Virus record (IMG/VR): IMGVR_UViG_3300021057_000274 | Coordinates: 62,001 to 126,000 of that record | Direction: 5' to 3' (one strand) | DNA: 64,000 nt | Shown: positions 18,533 to 24,798 of the stretch, in pieces | Layout of the letters: each line of letters opens with the position of its first letter | How positions within the stretch are numbered: position 1 is the first letter of the stretch | Program-made: the position numbers and the translations under genes | Notes under the pieces: model-generated | The model's input: only the letters and a program-made list of their open reading frames with translations | Told to the model about the DNA's origin: nothing | Databases searched by the model: none

Positions 18533-18655
18533 ATGAGAACCTCCTTTACAAAACCAGCGCAAATTAGGACCGCCGCCGGCGAGCATCGAGAGACGATGCA
18601 GCCGTGCGTCAATCCTGATACGCGCTCCTCGATCGGAGGCGGAAGCTCAAACTAA
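18533..18655 (+). CDS. 40-aa putative leader peptide
   Basis: Follows TATAAATA 18517; overlaps antiterminator arm. Confidence 0.5.
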   Translation: MRTSFTKPAQIRTAAGEHRETMQPCVNPDTRSSIGGGSSN

Positions 18656-18718
18656 CGAGATCTTCCGCTAAGGCAGCACCCGGTCGAGGGGTCCAGAGAT
18701 GGACCCCTCATTCGTTTT
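18625..18718 (+). promoter_or_regulatory. attenuator (antiterminator/terminator pair) upstream of main tRNA array
   Basis: 18625-36 pairs 12 bp with 18680-91, which overlaps terminator stem 18686-94/18701-09 plus U-rich tail. Confidence 0.65.
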
Positions 18719-18748
18719 GGAGTCAAGCGGTTGAAGTTGTAGCACGAT

Positions 18749-18824
18749 GCGCCTGTAGCTCAGTGGAGAGAGTGCCGCGCTACGAACGCGGAGGTCGGGG
18801 GTTCGATCCCCTCCAGGCGTGCCA
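18749..18824 (+). tRNA. tRNA-Arg(ACG)
   Basis: Cloverleaf, CCA. Confidence 0.95.
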
Positions 18825-19028
18825 GAGGTTAAGTCGATGACCTCGATGTAACACCTAGAAGTCGACAACGCCGGTGAATCAGGGCGTGGGGAACCAAGTA
18901 CTGGTTGGATGCTGAAATGAAGCCGCGGTTTTACCCTTAAGCGCGGTGGATGACTGAGAAAGGGCGCTGTAGCCGGTCTAGCATGGGTGTCGAAGTCGAC
19001 TCCCCCTCGATCGGAGCGGTGACAAGAT

Positions 19029-19100
19029 ACGCCCGCCGATGGATTTTCGGCGCCAGGTCTTCTAAACCAGGATAGGAGGGTTCGATTCCTTCCGGGCGTG
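19029..19100 (+). tRNA. tRNA-Arg(UCU), no genomic CCA
   Basis: Loop CTTCTAA; A-A mismatch in anticodon stem. Confidence 0.75.
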
Positions 19101-19103
19101 CCT

Positions 19104-19177
19104 TCCCACATAGCTCAATGGTAGAGCCGCTGGTTGTGAACCAGATTGCCCGGGTCCGATTCCCGGTGTGGGACCCA
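19104..19177 (+). tRNA. tRNA-His(GUG)
   Basis: Loop TTGTGAA, C73, CCA. Confidence 0.9.
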
Positions 19178-19193
19178 GTAGTTGCAGTTCAAT

Positions 19194-19286
19194 TCCTCGG
19201 TACTCTAACGGTAAGAGACCTGGCTGTTAACCAGACGTATCCCGCCACCGAGCGGTATGGAGGTTCGAGTCCTCCCTGAGGAGCCA
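19194..19286 (+). tRNA. tRNA-Asn(GUU) with long variable region
   Basis: Loop CTGTTAA, G73, ~23-nt variable region. Confidence 0.85.
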
Positions 19287-19289
19287 AAT

Positions 19290-19364
19290 GGGTGCGTAGC
19301 TCAGTGGTAGAGCGGGAACCTGTTAAGTTCCGGGTCGAAGGTTTGATTCCTTCCGTGCCCTCCA
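19290..19364 (+). tRNA. tRNA-Asn(GUU)
   Basis: Loop CTGTTAA, CCA. Confidence 0.85.
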
Positions 19365-19375
19365 CAATTCAGTAA

Positions 19376-19441
19376 CCGGGAAGTCCTAGTGACGTATTGC
19401 CGCGGCTGCCATCGTTGGCACGTAGGCTAGGACTTCCCGGT
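19376..19441. repeat. 15-bp perfect inverted repeat hairpin
   Basis: accgggaagtcctag/ctaggacttcccggt. Confidence 0.8.
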
Positions 19442-19455
19442 AGAAGTACAACATT

Positions 19456-19530
19456 GGCTCATTGATGAATGGGTTATCATACTACCCTGTCACGGTAGGT
19501 TAGCGGGTTCGAGTCCCGCATGGGTCGCCA
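19456..19530 (+). tRNA. tRNA-Asp(GUC)
   Basis: Loop CTGTCAC, G73, CCA. Confidence 0.95.
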
Positions 19531-19534
19531 AAAT

Positions 19535-19615
19535 GCGCTTCGGGAGGTTGAATCTCAACAGGTCGGGTCGCTCCCGTCTGTAAAACATGGGTTAAATTCC
19601 TGTGGAAGCGCGCCA
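19535..19615 (+). ncRNA. tRNA-like RNA with non-canonical core
   Basis: gcgcttc/gaagcgc-G-CCA, degenerate T arm, no normal anticodon arm. Confidence 0.55.
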
Positions 19616-19660
19616 AAATTAGAGGCTGACGATTCTGGGCGGCAATCTAGAGTCGGCGGT

Positions 19661-19767
19661 TTGTCGTTGAGGGTGGCTCCTCAGGACCCCGAGTAGGACG
19701 GTGAGATCTTGCCGGATCGAGCCGTTTGAAACGGGTCCTGTCGGTGGTTCGATTCCACCACGACTTC
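19661..19767 (+). ncRNA. tRNA-like RNA with expanded anticodon arm
   Basis: gtcgt/acgac, D-like hairpin, ggaccc/gggtcc enclosing ~45 nt, canonical T arm. Confidence 0.5.
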
Positions 19768-19954
19768 ACTCTAACCCTCTTCATGAAGCTGTGGGTAGAT
19801 CACCCTGCCACAAATCGGGTGATGAGGTCCGATCGCCTTCGTCCGTGGCATGCATGGCGCCAGGGCGATACCCCAGCAGTAACTGCGGCCGTCACCGAAC
19901 TTTATGCGAGAAAGTTCAGCGGTGACGAGGAGGAGGCGAACTGCTCGTTCAGTT

Positions 19955-20029
19955 GTCCCATTCGTCTAGTGGCTAGGACACAACCCTTTCAAGGTTGAGA
20001 ACGGGGATCGAAACCCCGATGGGACACCA
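19955..20029 (+). tRNA. tRNA-Glu(UUC)
   Basis: Loop CTTTCAA, CCA. Confidence 0.95.
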
Positions 20030-20033
20030 CTAT

Positions 20034-20109
20034 CTGGGTGTAGGTCAGCGGCGAGACTGCCTGGTCCGGAGCCAGGAGGCCGTGGGTTCGAGTCCCACCA
20101 CCCAGACCA
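20034..20109 (+). tRNA. tRNA-Pro(CGG), C33
   Basis: C1-G72, A73; loop TCCGGAG. Confidence 0.9.
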
Positions 20110-20149
20110 AAGCGGCCCCCAGCGCCGCTCTAAGCCGAGGCTGGGGCAT

Positions 20150-20225
20150 CGGAGAGTCGCCTAGCGGCTATGGCGCCTGCTTTGGGAGCAGGATACCGTG
20201 GGTTCGAGTCCCACCTTTCCGACCA
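20150..20225 (+). tRNA. tRNA-Pro(UGG)
   Basis: Loop TTTGGGA, CCA. Confidence 0.95.
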
Positions 20226-20235
20226 ACACATCAAT

Positions 20236-20310
20236 CGCTTCTTGGCGGCAAGCTGCCGTGCTCCCACTAGAAGGGAGAGCGAGGAGGTTCACGCCCTCCA
20301 GGAGCGACCA
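20236..20310 (+). tRNA. atypical tRNA, UAG anticodon (Leu-like) without long arm
   Basis: Full cloverleaf plus CCA; loop ACTAGAA; D loop lacks GG; T loop TTCACGC. Confidence 0.55.
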
Positions 20311-20311
20311 C

Positions 20312-20385
20312 GGGTCCGTAGTTCAATGGTAGAATGTTACCTCGACACGGTAGAGACGAAGGTTCGATTCCTTCTGGACCCACCA
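20312..20385 (+). tRNA. tRNA-Val(GAC), C33
   Basis: Loop TCGACAC, CCA. Confidence 0.9.
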
Positions 20386-20391
20386 AAATTT

Positions 20392-20465
20392 GGGCTACAA
20401 GCTTTAAGGTGAAGCATCTGGCTCTTACCCAGAAGAACGGGGATCATTACCCCGGTAGCCCACCA
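20392..20465 (+). tRNA. tRNA-Lys(CUU)
   Basis: Loop CTCTTAC, CCA. Confidence 0.9.
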
Positions 20466-20468
20466 GCA

Positions 20469-20617
20469 TTCGGTAGTGACCTAACGTTCAGGACGAAAGG
20501 AATCGTGCGGTCGCCCTAGTACCAGCTCTGGGTGACTAAACGGAGTCGAGTAGGCCTGCTCGCAAAAGGGATCGGTCAGGGACTGGTACTCCAGAGGTTC
20601 GACTCCTCCTACCGGAC
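20469..20617 (+). ncRNA. 149-nt tRNA-like RNA with expanded D and anticodon arms
   Basis: ttcggtag/ctaccgga, agtaccag/ctggtact, GG-TTCGACT-CC T arm. Confidence 0.55.
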
Positions 20618-20625
20618 TAAACTAG

Positions 20626-20702
20626 GGTTCTTTAGCTCAGATGCGTAGAGCGCCGAGCTTACACCTCGGATGTCGGGGGTTCAAGTCCCTCAGGAACCAC
20701 CA
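20626..20702 (+). tRNA. tRNA-Val(UAC)
   Basis: Loop CTTACAC, CCA. Confidence 0.95.
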
Positions 20703-20704
20703 AT

Positions 20705-20780
20705 GGCGATGTGGTGAACTGGCTATCACGCGGCTCTCATAAGGCTGAGTAGACGGGATCGAAACCCTCCATCGCTACCA
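20705..20780 (+). tRNA. tRNA-Met or Ile2 (CAU)
   Basis: Loop CTCATAA, CCA; identity not resolvable by eye. Confidence 0.9.
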
Positions 20781-20881
20781 TTCTAGGAAGTTGGGACTGC
20801 TCAAGCGGACGGAGTCCGGTAGCCCTCGCGGGGAGACCAATGAGTTGTGGTTCGATTCAACGCCTAGCTTTTATTGCGCTT

Positions 20882-20956
20882 CCCTCATTCGTCTAATGGT
20901 CAGGGCCCGTGCTTGATAGGCGCGTGACGGTGGTTCGATTCCATCATGAGGGACCA
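20882..20956 (+). tRNA. tRNA-Ile(GAU)
   Basis: Loop TTGATAG, CCA. Confidence 0.9.
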
Positions 20957-21046
20957 ACAGCAGCCGAGAAGCAGGCCCGTCGGTCGGTTAGAGAGCCTTC
21001 CGCACGTGCGCTCCGTGAAGCCACGGCAAACGGACTGCTGCATTAT

Positions 21047-21121
21047 CAGGGTGTAGCTCAGTGGGAGAGTGCTACGTCGGGAACGTAGAGGCCGCAGGTT
21101 CAATCCCTGCCACCCTGACCA
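21047..21121 (+). tRNA. tRNA-Pro(GGG), C33
   Basis: C1-G72, A73; loop TCGGGAA. Confidence 0.9.
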
Positions 21122-21224
21122 ATAGCTGGCTTGCAAGTGACGAGAGGTCATCATGCTTCGGAGCGCACGCTGGGGATAAGCTCCCAGCGCAGCGACCTAG
21201 ACGGCAAGCTGGCGGGCCTTATTT

Positions 21225-21295
21225 CAGAGCGTAGCGTAGTGGTAGCGTACCTGGCCTGGAACCAGGAGGTGTTGGTTCGATTCCAGCCGCTCTGA
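21225..21295 (+). tRNA. tRNA-Pro(UGG), C33, no genomic CCA
   Basis: C1-G72, A73; loop CCTGGAA. Confidence 0.85.
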
Positions 21296-21297
21296 CC

Positions 21298-21385
21298 GGG
21301 GGAAGATGTAGGTTCGAATCCTATCCAATGGCCATAAGCCCGTGAGGGTGGCTGGCAGGTAGCTCAACCGGCAGAGCAGCTCCCC
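21298..21385 (+). ncRNA. circularly permuted tRNA-like RNA (T arm before D arm; YrlA-like topology)
   Basis: GTAGG-TTCGAAT-CCTAT precedes TAGCTC-AACCGGCA-GAGC; ends gggga/tcccc pair. Confidence 0.6.
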
Positions 21386-21391
21386 TTTCTG

Positions 21392-21467
21392 GTACATTAG
21401 CTCATGGGGTTAGAGCGCGCGCCCGATAAGCGCGGGGTGGAAGGTTCGAGTCCTTCATGTACCACCA
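21392..21467 (+). tRNA. tRNA-Ile(GAU), C33
   Basis: Loop CCGATAA, CCA. Confidence 0.9.
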
Positions 21468-21600
21468 GACAACACCGTTGCTTCTCACCGAGAGAAGCCA
21501 GCTAGCAAGCGAAGCAGACATTCGTCTAGATCACTGCGACTGGACCCGGAATCCCTCGCGTGGTGGCCGATTGTCGGCTAGGACGGATTCGTTGTCTACT

Positions 21601-21673
21601 GGGGGATGTAGCCGGGGCACAGGAACGCCTTGCAAGCGATCCGCGATGGGTTCAACTCCCATATCCTCCACCA
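21601..21673 (+). tRNA. tRNA-Ala(UGC), atypical D and anticodon stems
   Basis: G3-U70, loop CTTGCAA, CCA. Confidence 0.75.
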
Positions 21674-21774
21674 GATCTTTAGCTCAAACGGGTAAGAGCG
21701 GCGGGACAGATAACCCGCGTCAAGGTGAGCTACGGCGAGCCGAGTGCGGCGACCCCATGCCGTAAGATCTACCA
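21673..21774 (+). ncRNA. tRNA-like RNA with 8-nt anticodon loop and replaced T arm
   Basis: agatctt/aagatct-A-CCA, canonical D arm, gcggg-ACAGATAA-cccgc, tacggc/gccgta arm. Confidence 0.6.
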
Positions 21775-21778
21775 AACT

Positions 21779-21849
21779 GGGCTGTTAGTTTAGCGGGAAA
21801 ACACTGCGCTTGCACCGCGGAATCCGGGGTTCGACTCCCCGACGGTCCA
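21779..21849 (+). tRNA. tRNA-Ala(UGC), no genomic CCA
   Basis: G3-U70, loop CTTGCAC. Confidence 0.9.
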
Positions 21850-21863
21850 CCCACAGATAGGAG

Positions 21864-22052
21864 ATGATCATGTTACCGATCGACGAAGCTGTCAAGCTCA
21901 CCGACATGGATGAGCTGGGTCGTGAGGAGTGGGAGCGTCTCTTCATCTCGACGAACCCGATGTGGAACGTCAGCCCGACCGAGGTCATGAGCGAGGTCAG
22001 AAGGTTGGGTGAACGTCGTAAGGAGCTCCTCAAGGGAGTTCGCTGGTTCTAA
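21864..22052 (+). CDS. small hypothetical protein inside tRNA array
   Basis: AGGAG RBS, 62 aa. Confidence 0.65.
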   Translation: MIMLPIDEAVKLTDMDELGREEWERLFISTNPMWNVSPTEVMSEVRRLGERRKELLKGVRWF

Positions 22053-22057
22053 GCTGT

Positions 22058-22131
22058 TGGGGATTGGTGAAATGGTATCATGTGAGATTCTGACTCTCAA
22101 GTCGTAGGTTCGATTCCTACATCCCCTGCCA
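22058..22131 (+). tRNA. tRNA-Gln(CUG)
   Basis: Loop TTCTGAC, G73, CCA. Confidence 0.95.
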
Positions 22132-22180
22132 CACAACGTCCCTCCACGCCTCTCAACGATGCGCACCCAGGAGGGCCTCT

Positions 22181-22253
22181 GTGCCTCAGACCAATCTGGT
22201 GATGGACCGAGCCTGAAAGCCTCGGAAGCTCGGTTCGATTCCGAGGGGGCACA
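22181..22253 (+). tRNA. tRNA-Phe(GAA), no genomic CCA
   Basis: Loop CTGAAAG; C31-C39 mismatch. Confidence 0.8.
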
Positions 22254-22255
22254 CC

Positions 22256-22348
22256 GGTAGGTGGCGCTGGCGCGCGGCTGGGCCTTATAGACCCGGGAGA
22301 CTGGCCGGACTGGCTGGAACGGCGAGGGTTCGAATCCCCGACCTACCA
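22256..22348 (+). tRNA. tRNA with UAU anticodon (Ile-type) and long variable arm
   Basis: ggtaggt/acctacc-A; loop CTTATAG; ~25-nt variable region. Confidence 0.65.
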
Positions 22349-22453
22349 CCTGTAAGAATCTCCCGAGGTTTGACCCGAGGAGTCGTTAGAGAAGATGATA
22401 TCTCGCTGGCGACGGCCAGAGAACCCCGGGGATGACAGACTCCCGGGACGATT

Positions 22454-22529
22454 GGCCCTTAAGCTAATCAGGTGAAAGCGCCGGTCTGAAAAGCCGGAGA
22501 GTCTGGTTCGATACCAGAAGGGGCCACCA
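22454..22529 (+). tRNA. tRNA-Phe(GAA)
   Basis: Loop CTGAAAA, CCA. Confidence 0.95.
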
Positions 22530-22547
22530 ATACAGGAGGATCGCCAA

Positions 22548-22634
22548 ATGTTCAAAGCTTGGTGGGACAATGGGGCAACGAGAGGCTTTGGGATGCGCTT
22601 ATTCCGGAGCTGGCTTTGTGGTGATTGCTGCTAG
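22548..22634 (+). CDS. 28-aa Trp/Cys-rich peptide
   Basis: AGGAGG RBS; MFKAWWDNGATRGFGMRLFRSWLCGDCC. Confidence 0.45.
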   Translation: MFKAWWDNGATRGFGMRLFRSWLCGDCC

Positions 22635-22653
22635 AGCGATTCCGGACAGACAG

Positions 22654-22731
22654 ATGACATGGAGCTGGTACTTCTTTCTCGGATTTCGCGTACGTGGAAA
22701 GCACTTAATTGATTTTCGCTGGACGAAGTAG
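22654..22731 (+). CDS. 25-aa aromatic-rich peptide
   Basis: MTWSWYFFLGFRVRGKHLIDFRWTK; weak RBS. Confidence 0.35.
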   Translation: MTWSWYFFLGFRVRGKHLIDFRWTK

Positions 22732-22737
22732 ATCTGT

Positions 22738-22810
22738 TGGGGTGAGGATTGGCATCTACGGATGGCTTTGAACCATCTCGGACACGGTTCGATTCCGTGC
22801 GCCCCTGCCA
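22738..22810 (+). tRNA. tRNA-Gln(UUG)
   Basis: Loop CTTTGAA, G73, CCA. Confidence 0.85.
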
Positions 22811-22966
22811 AGGTTGATGGAATGATCATCGACGCCTAGAAGAGCGTGCACGCTTCCTCCAGAGCGGCTAGACGTGAGGAGGATTTTGGATGAAGGGCTA
22901 TCCTCGTTCGATTCGAGGCGTCCTGAACGAAACGGCGCCGAGTCGGTGGAAGCCCGGCGCCTGCAT

Positions 22967-23038
22967 GTCCCGTTGGATTTCCGGGTAGATCGCTGGGACT
23001 TCACCCCAGAGAGACGGGTTCAACTCCCGTACGGGACG
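22967..23038 (+). tRNA. tRNA-Glu(UUC), C33, no genomic CCA
   Basis: Loop ACTTCAC, G73. Confidence 0.85.
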
Positions 23039-23045
23039 CCCCCAC

Positions 23046-23134
23046 GGGGCGCGACGCTGAAGACACCGCCGCGGGCTCAACGCTAGGCCACCGCGGTAAG
23101 ACTTCGGGGCGGACGGTTTCCGCGCGCTCCACCA
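23046..23134 (+). ncRNA. Ala-acceptor tRNA-like RNA resembling a tmRNA TLD with no mRNA domain
   Basis: ggggcgc/gcgctcc with G3-U70, A73, CCA; stemless D region; accgc/gcggt arm. Confidence 0.55.
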
Positions 23135-23151
23135 AATGATACAATAGCTAG

Positions 23152-23907
23152 ATGCTCTACGTAGGAACCAGCGGCTTCCAGTACAAGCACTGGAACGACG
23201 GCGTGTTCTACCCGTCTGGCGTCAAGGATCGCTTGGCGTTTCTCAGCCAACGGATGAACGCTCTCGAGATCAACGCGTCGTTCTACAGCATTCCAAAACC
23301 GGGGAGCGTGCGGCGCTGGAGCGAGAAGCTTCCGCAGAACTTCAAGCTAACGCTCAAGGCTCCTCGGTCGGTCACGCACCGACGTCGCCTCAAGCTGCGG
23401 AGCGACCCGACGATCAAGCAAGGCTGGGACCTCCTCCGCTACTTCTCGGAGGGCGTTCTTCAGATCGCTCCGCAGCAGCGAGGACCTGTTCTCGTGCAGT
23501 TGGAGCACAGATTTAAGATCGATCTCGACCGCTTAGAGGCCGTGCTGGAGTTCTTCAGAGTTCTCCAGCTGACCGTTGCGCTCGAGGTAAGGTGTACCTC
23601 CTGGCTTCGGATGGAGACGCTCAGGCTGCTTCGAGAGTATCGAGGCGCGTTGGTCTCCGCGGATTGGAGGGAGTGCACGGTGCCGATCTACGACACGGGA
23701 AGCTTCGTGTACGTGCGCCGCCACGGGTCGCTCGGACGATACTTCGGGTCATACTCGAGGGCCAAGCTCCAGGCTGATCTCGACGCGGTAGCGCCGTACC
23801 TAGAGCAAGGGCGCGACGTCTACGTCTTCTTCAACAATGACGGCGGCGGCGCGGCCCCGAGGAACGCAGTAAGCATGCTTAAGTTAGCAGATGTCCGATT
23901 CGTCTAG
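23152..23907 (+). CDS. DUF72 (YecE-like) family protein
   Basis: YVGTSGFQY.HW..FYP, EINASFY, KAP..TH, FFNN. Confidence 0.9.
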   Translation: MLYVGTSGFQYKHWNDGVFYPSGVKDRLAFLSQRMNALEINASFYSIPKPGSVRRWSEKLPQNFKLTLKAPRSVTHRRRLKLRSDPTIKQGWDLLRYFSEGVLQIAPQQRGPVLVQLEHRFKIDLDRLEAVLEFFRVLQLTVALEVRCTSWLRMETLRLLREYRGALVSADWRECTVPIYDTGSFVYVRRHGSLGRYFGSYSRAKLQADLDAVAPYLEQGRDVYVFFNNDGGGAAPRNAVSMLKLADVRFV

Positions 23908-23967
23908 TGGTAAGGACGCTAGCCCCTCAAGCTGGAAACCCGGGTTCGATTCCCGGCTCGGACGCCA
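23893..23967 (+). tRNA. tRNA-Glu(CUC), C33
   Basis: Loop CCCTCAA, CCA; overlaps DUF72 stop. Confidence 0.9.
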
Positions 23968-23968
23968 C

Positions 23969-24042
23969 GCGGATTTGGTCTAATGGTATGACGTGAGATC
24001 GCCAGTCTCAAAGCGCGGGTTCGATTCCCGCAATCCGCTCCA
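23969..24042 (+). tRNA. tRNA-Gly(GCC), C33
   Basis: Loop TCGCCAG, U73, CCA. Confidence 0.9.
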
Positions 24043-24117
24043 ACGTTGGTCGCGCGCTTGACCGTTCCGCGAGATAAGAGAGGAGGTCTCTAAAATGAGA
24101 TCCGCCAACGTTTCAAT

Positions 24118-24192
24118 GGTACCCATGGTGTAATGGAAGCACTTCTCCCTGTGAAGGAGGTAGCACCGGATCGATACCGGTTGGGTACCCCA
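24118..24192 (+). tRNA. tRNA-His(GUG) with G-1
   Basis: G-1:C73, loop CTGTGAA, CCA. Confidence 0.95.
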
Positions 24193-24195
24193 TAA

Positions 24196-24270
24196 CTCGC
24201 TGTGGTGAAACGGACATCACGATCCTCTCCTAAAGGGTAAGTCCAGGTTCAATTCCTGGCAGCGAGGCCA
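24196..24270 (+). tRNA. tRNA-Arg(CCU)
   Basis: Loop CTCCTAA, CCA. Confidence 0.95.
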
Positions 24271-24271
24271 T

Positions 24272-24346
24272 CTCCGGTCCAGTGGCATTCTGGCACAGCG
24301 GCTACGAACCGCAGTTGCGGGAGTTCGATTCTCTCACCGGGGTCCA
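24272..24346 (+). tRNA. tRNA-Arg(ACG)
   Basis: Loop CTACGAA, CCA. Confidence 0.8.
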
Positions 24347-24353
24347 AACACAT

Positions 24354-24427
24354 GTCGGTGTGGTCCAATGGCAGGGCGATTGGCTGCAACCCAATAGACG
24401 GGGGTTCGATTCCCTTCACCGACTCCA
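24354..24427 (+). tRNA. tRNA-Cys(GCA)
   Basis: Loop CTGCAAC, U73, CCA. Confidence 0.95.
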
Positions 24428-24630
24428 AAGAAAAAGCGGCGCCCGATGAGTTGGGCGCCGCTGGAGGACCGGCCCTTCGCAGGGAGGGGAGGAGGGGCCG
24501 GTTGGACGAATTTCAATGTATCACTCTCTCCCGAGAAAGTAAACAGATTCTTGCAAGAAGAAAGCACTTCGACCTCAGCCTGGCCGGGCGGTCGAAAAGT
24601 TGGGGTAAGAGCCCTCATGGCTAGGCGCAG

Positions 24631-24704
24631 GCCCGGTTCGTACAGTGGTAGTACGCCTGTTTCGTAAACAGGATGCGGGGGTCCGATTCCCTCACTGGGC
24701 ACCA
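24631..24704 (+). tRNA. tRNA-Thr(CGU)
   Basis: Loop TTCGTAA, CCA. Confidence 0.95.
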
Positions 24705-24705
24705 T

Positions 24706-24780
24706 CTCGCTGTAGTGAAGTGGACATCACGGTCTCCTCCGAAGGGACAAGCCCAGGTTCGATTCCTGGCAGCGGGGCCA
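24706..24780 (+). tRNA. tRNA-Arg(CCG)
   Basis: Loop CTCCGAA, CCA; body nearly identical to Arg(CCU). Confidence 0.95.
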
Positions 24781-24798
24781 AGCTACATAAATAGCCTC

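Noticed and set aside
19815-19950. Hammerhead-like GTGATGAG...CGAA
   Set aside because: Core lacks CUGAUGA and the flanking stems do not fit.
20783-20868. Degenerate tRNA-like fold; also the isolated T arm at 22903-22925
   Set aside because: Stems too weak or incomplete to call.
18668-24705. ORF-track ORFs across the tRNA arrays (e.g. 9316-10008, 18668-19111, 21873-22349, 24334-24705)
   Set aside because: Antisense or overlapping reads of tRNA genes.
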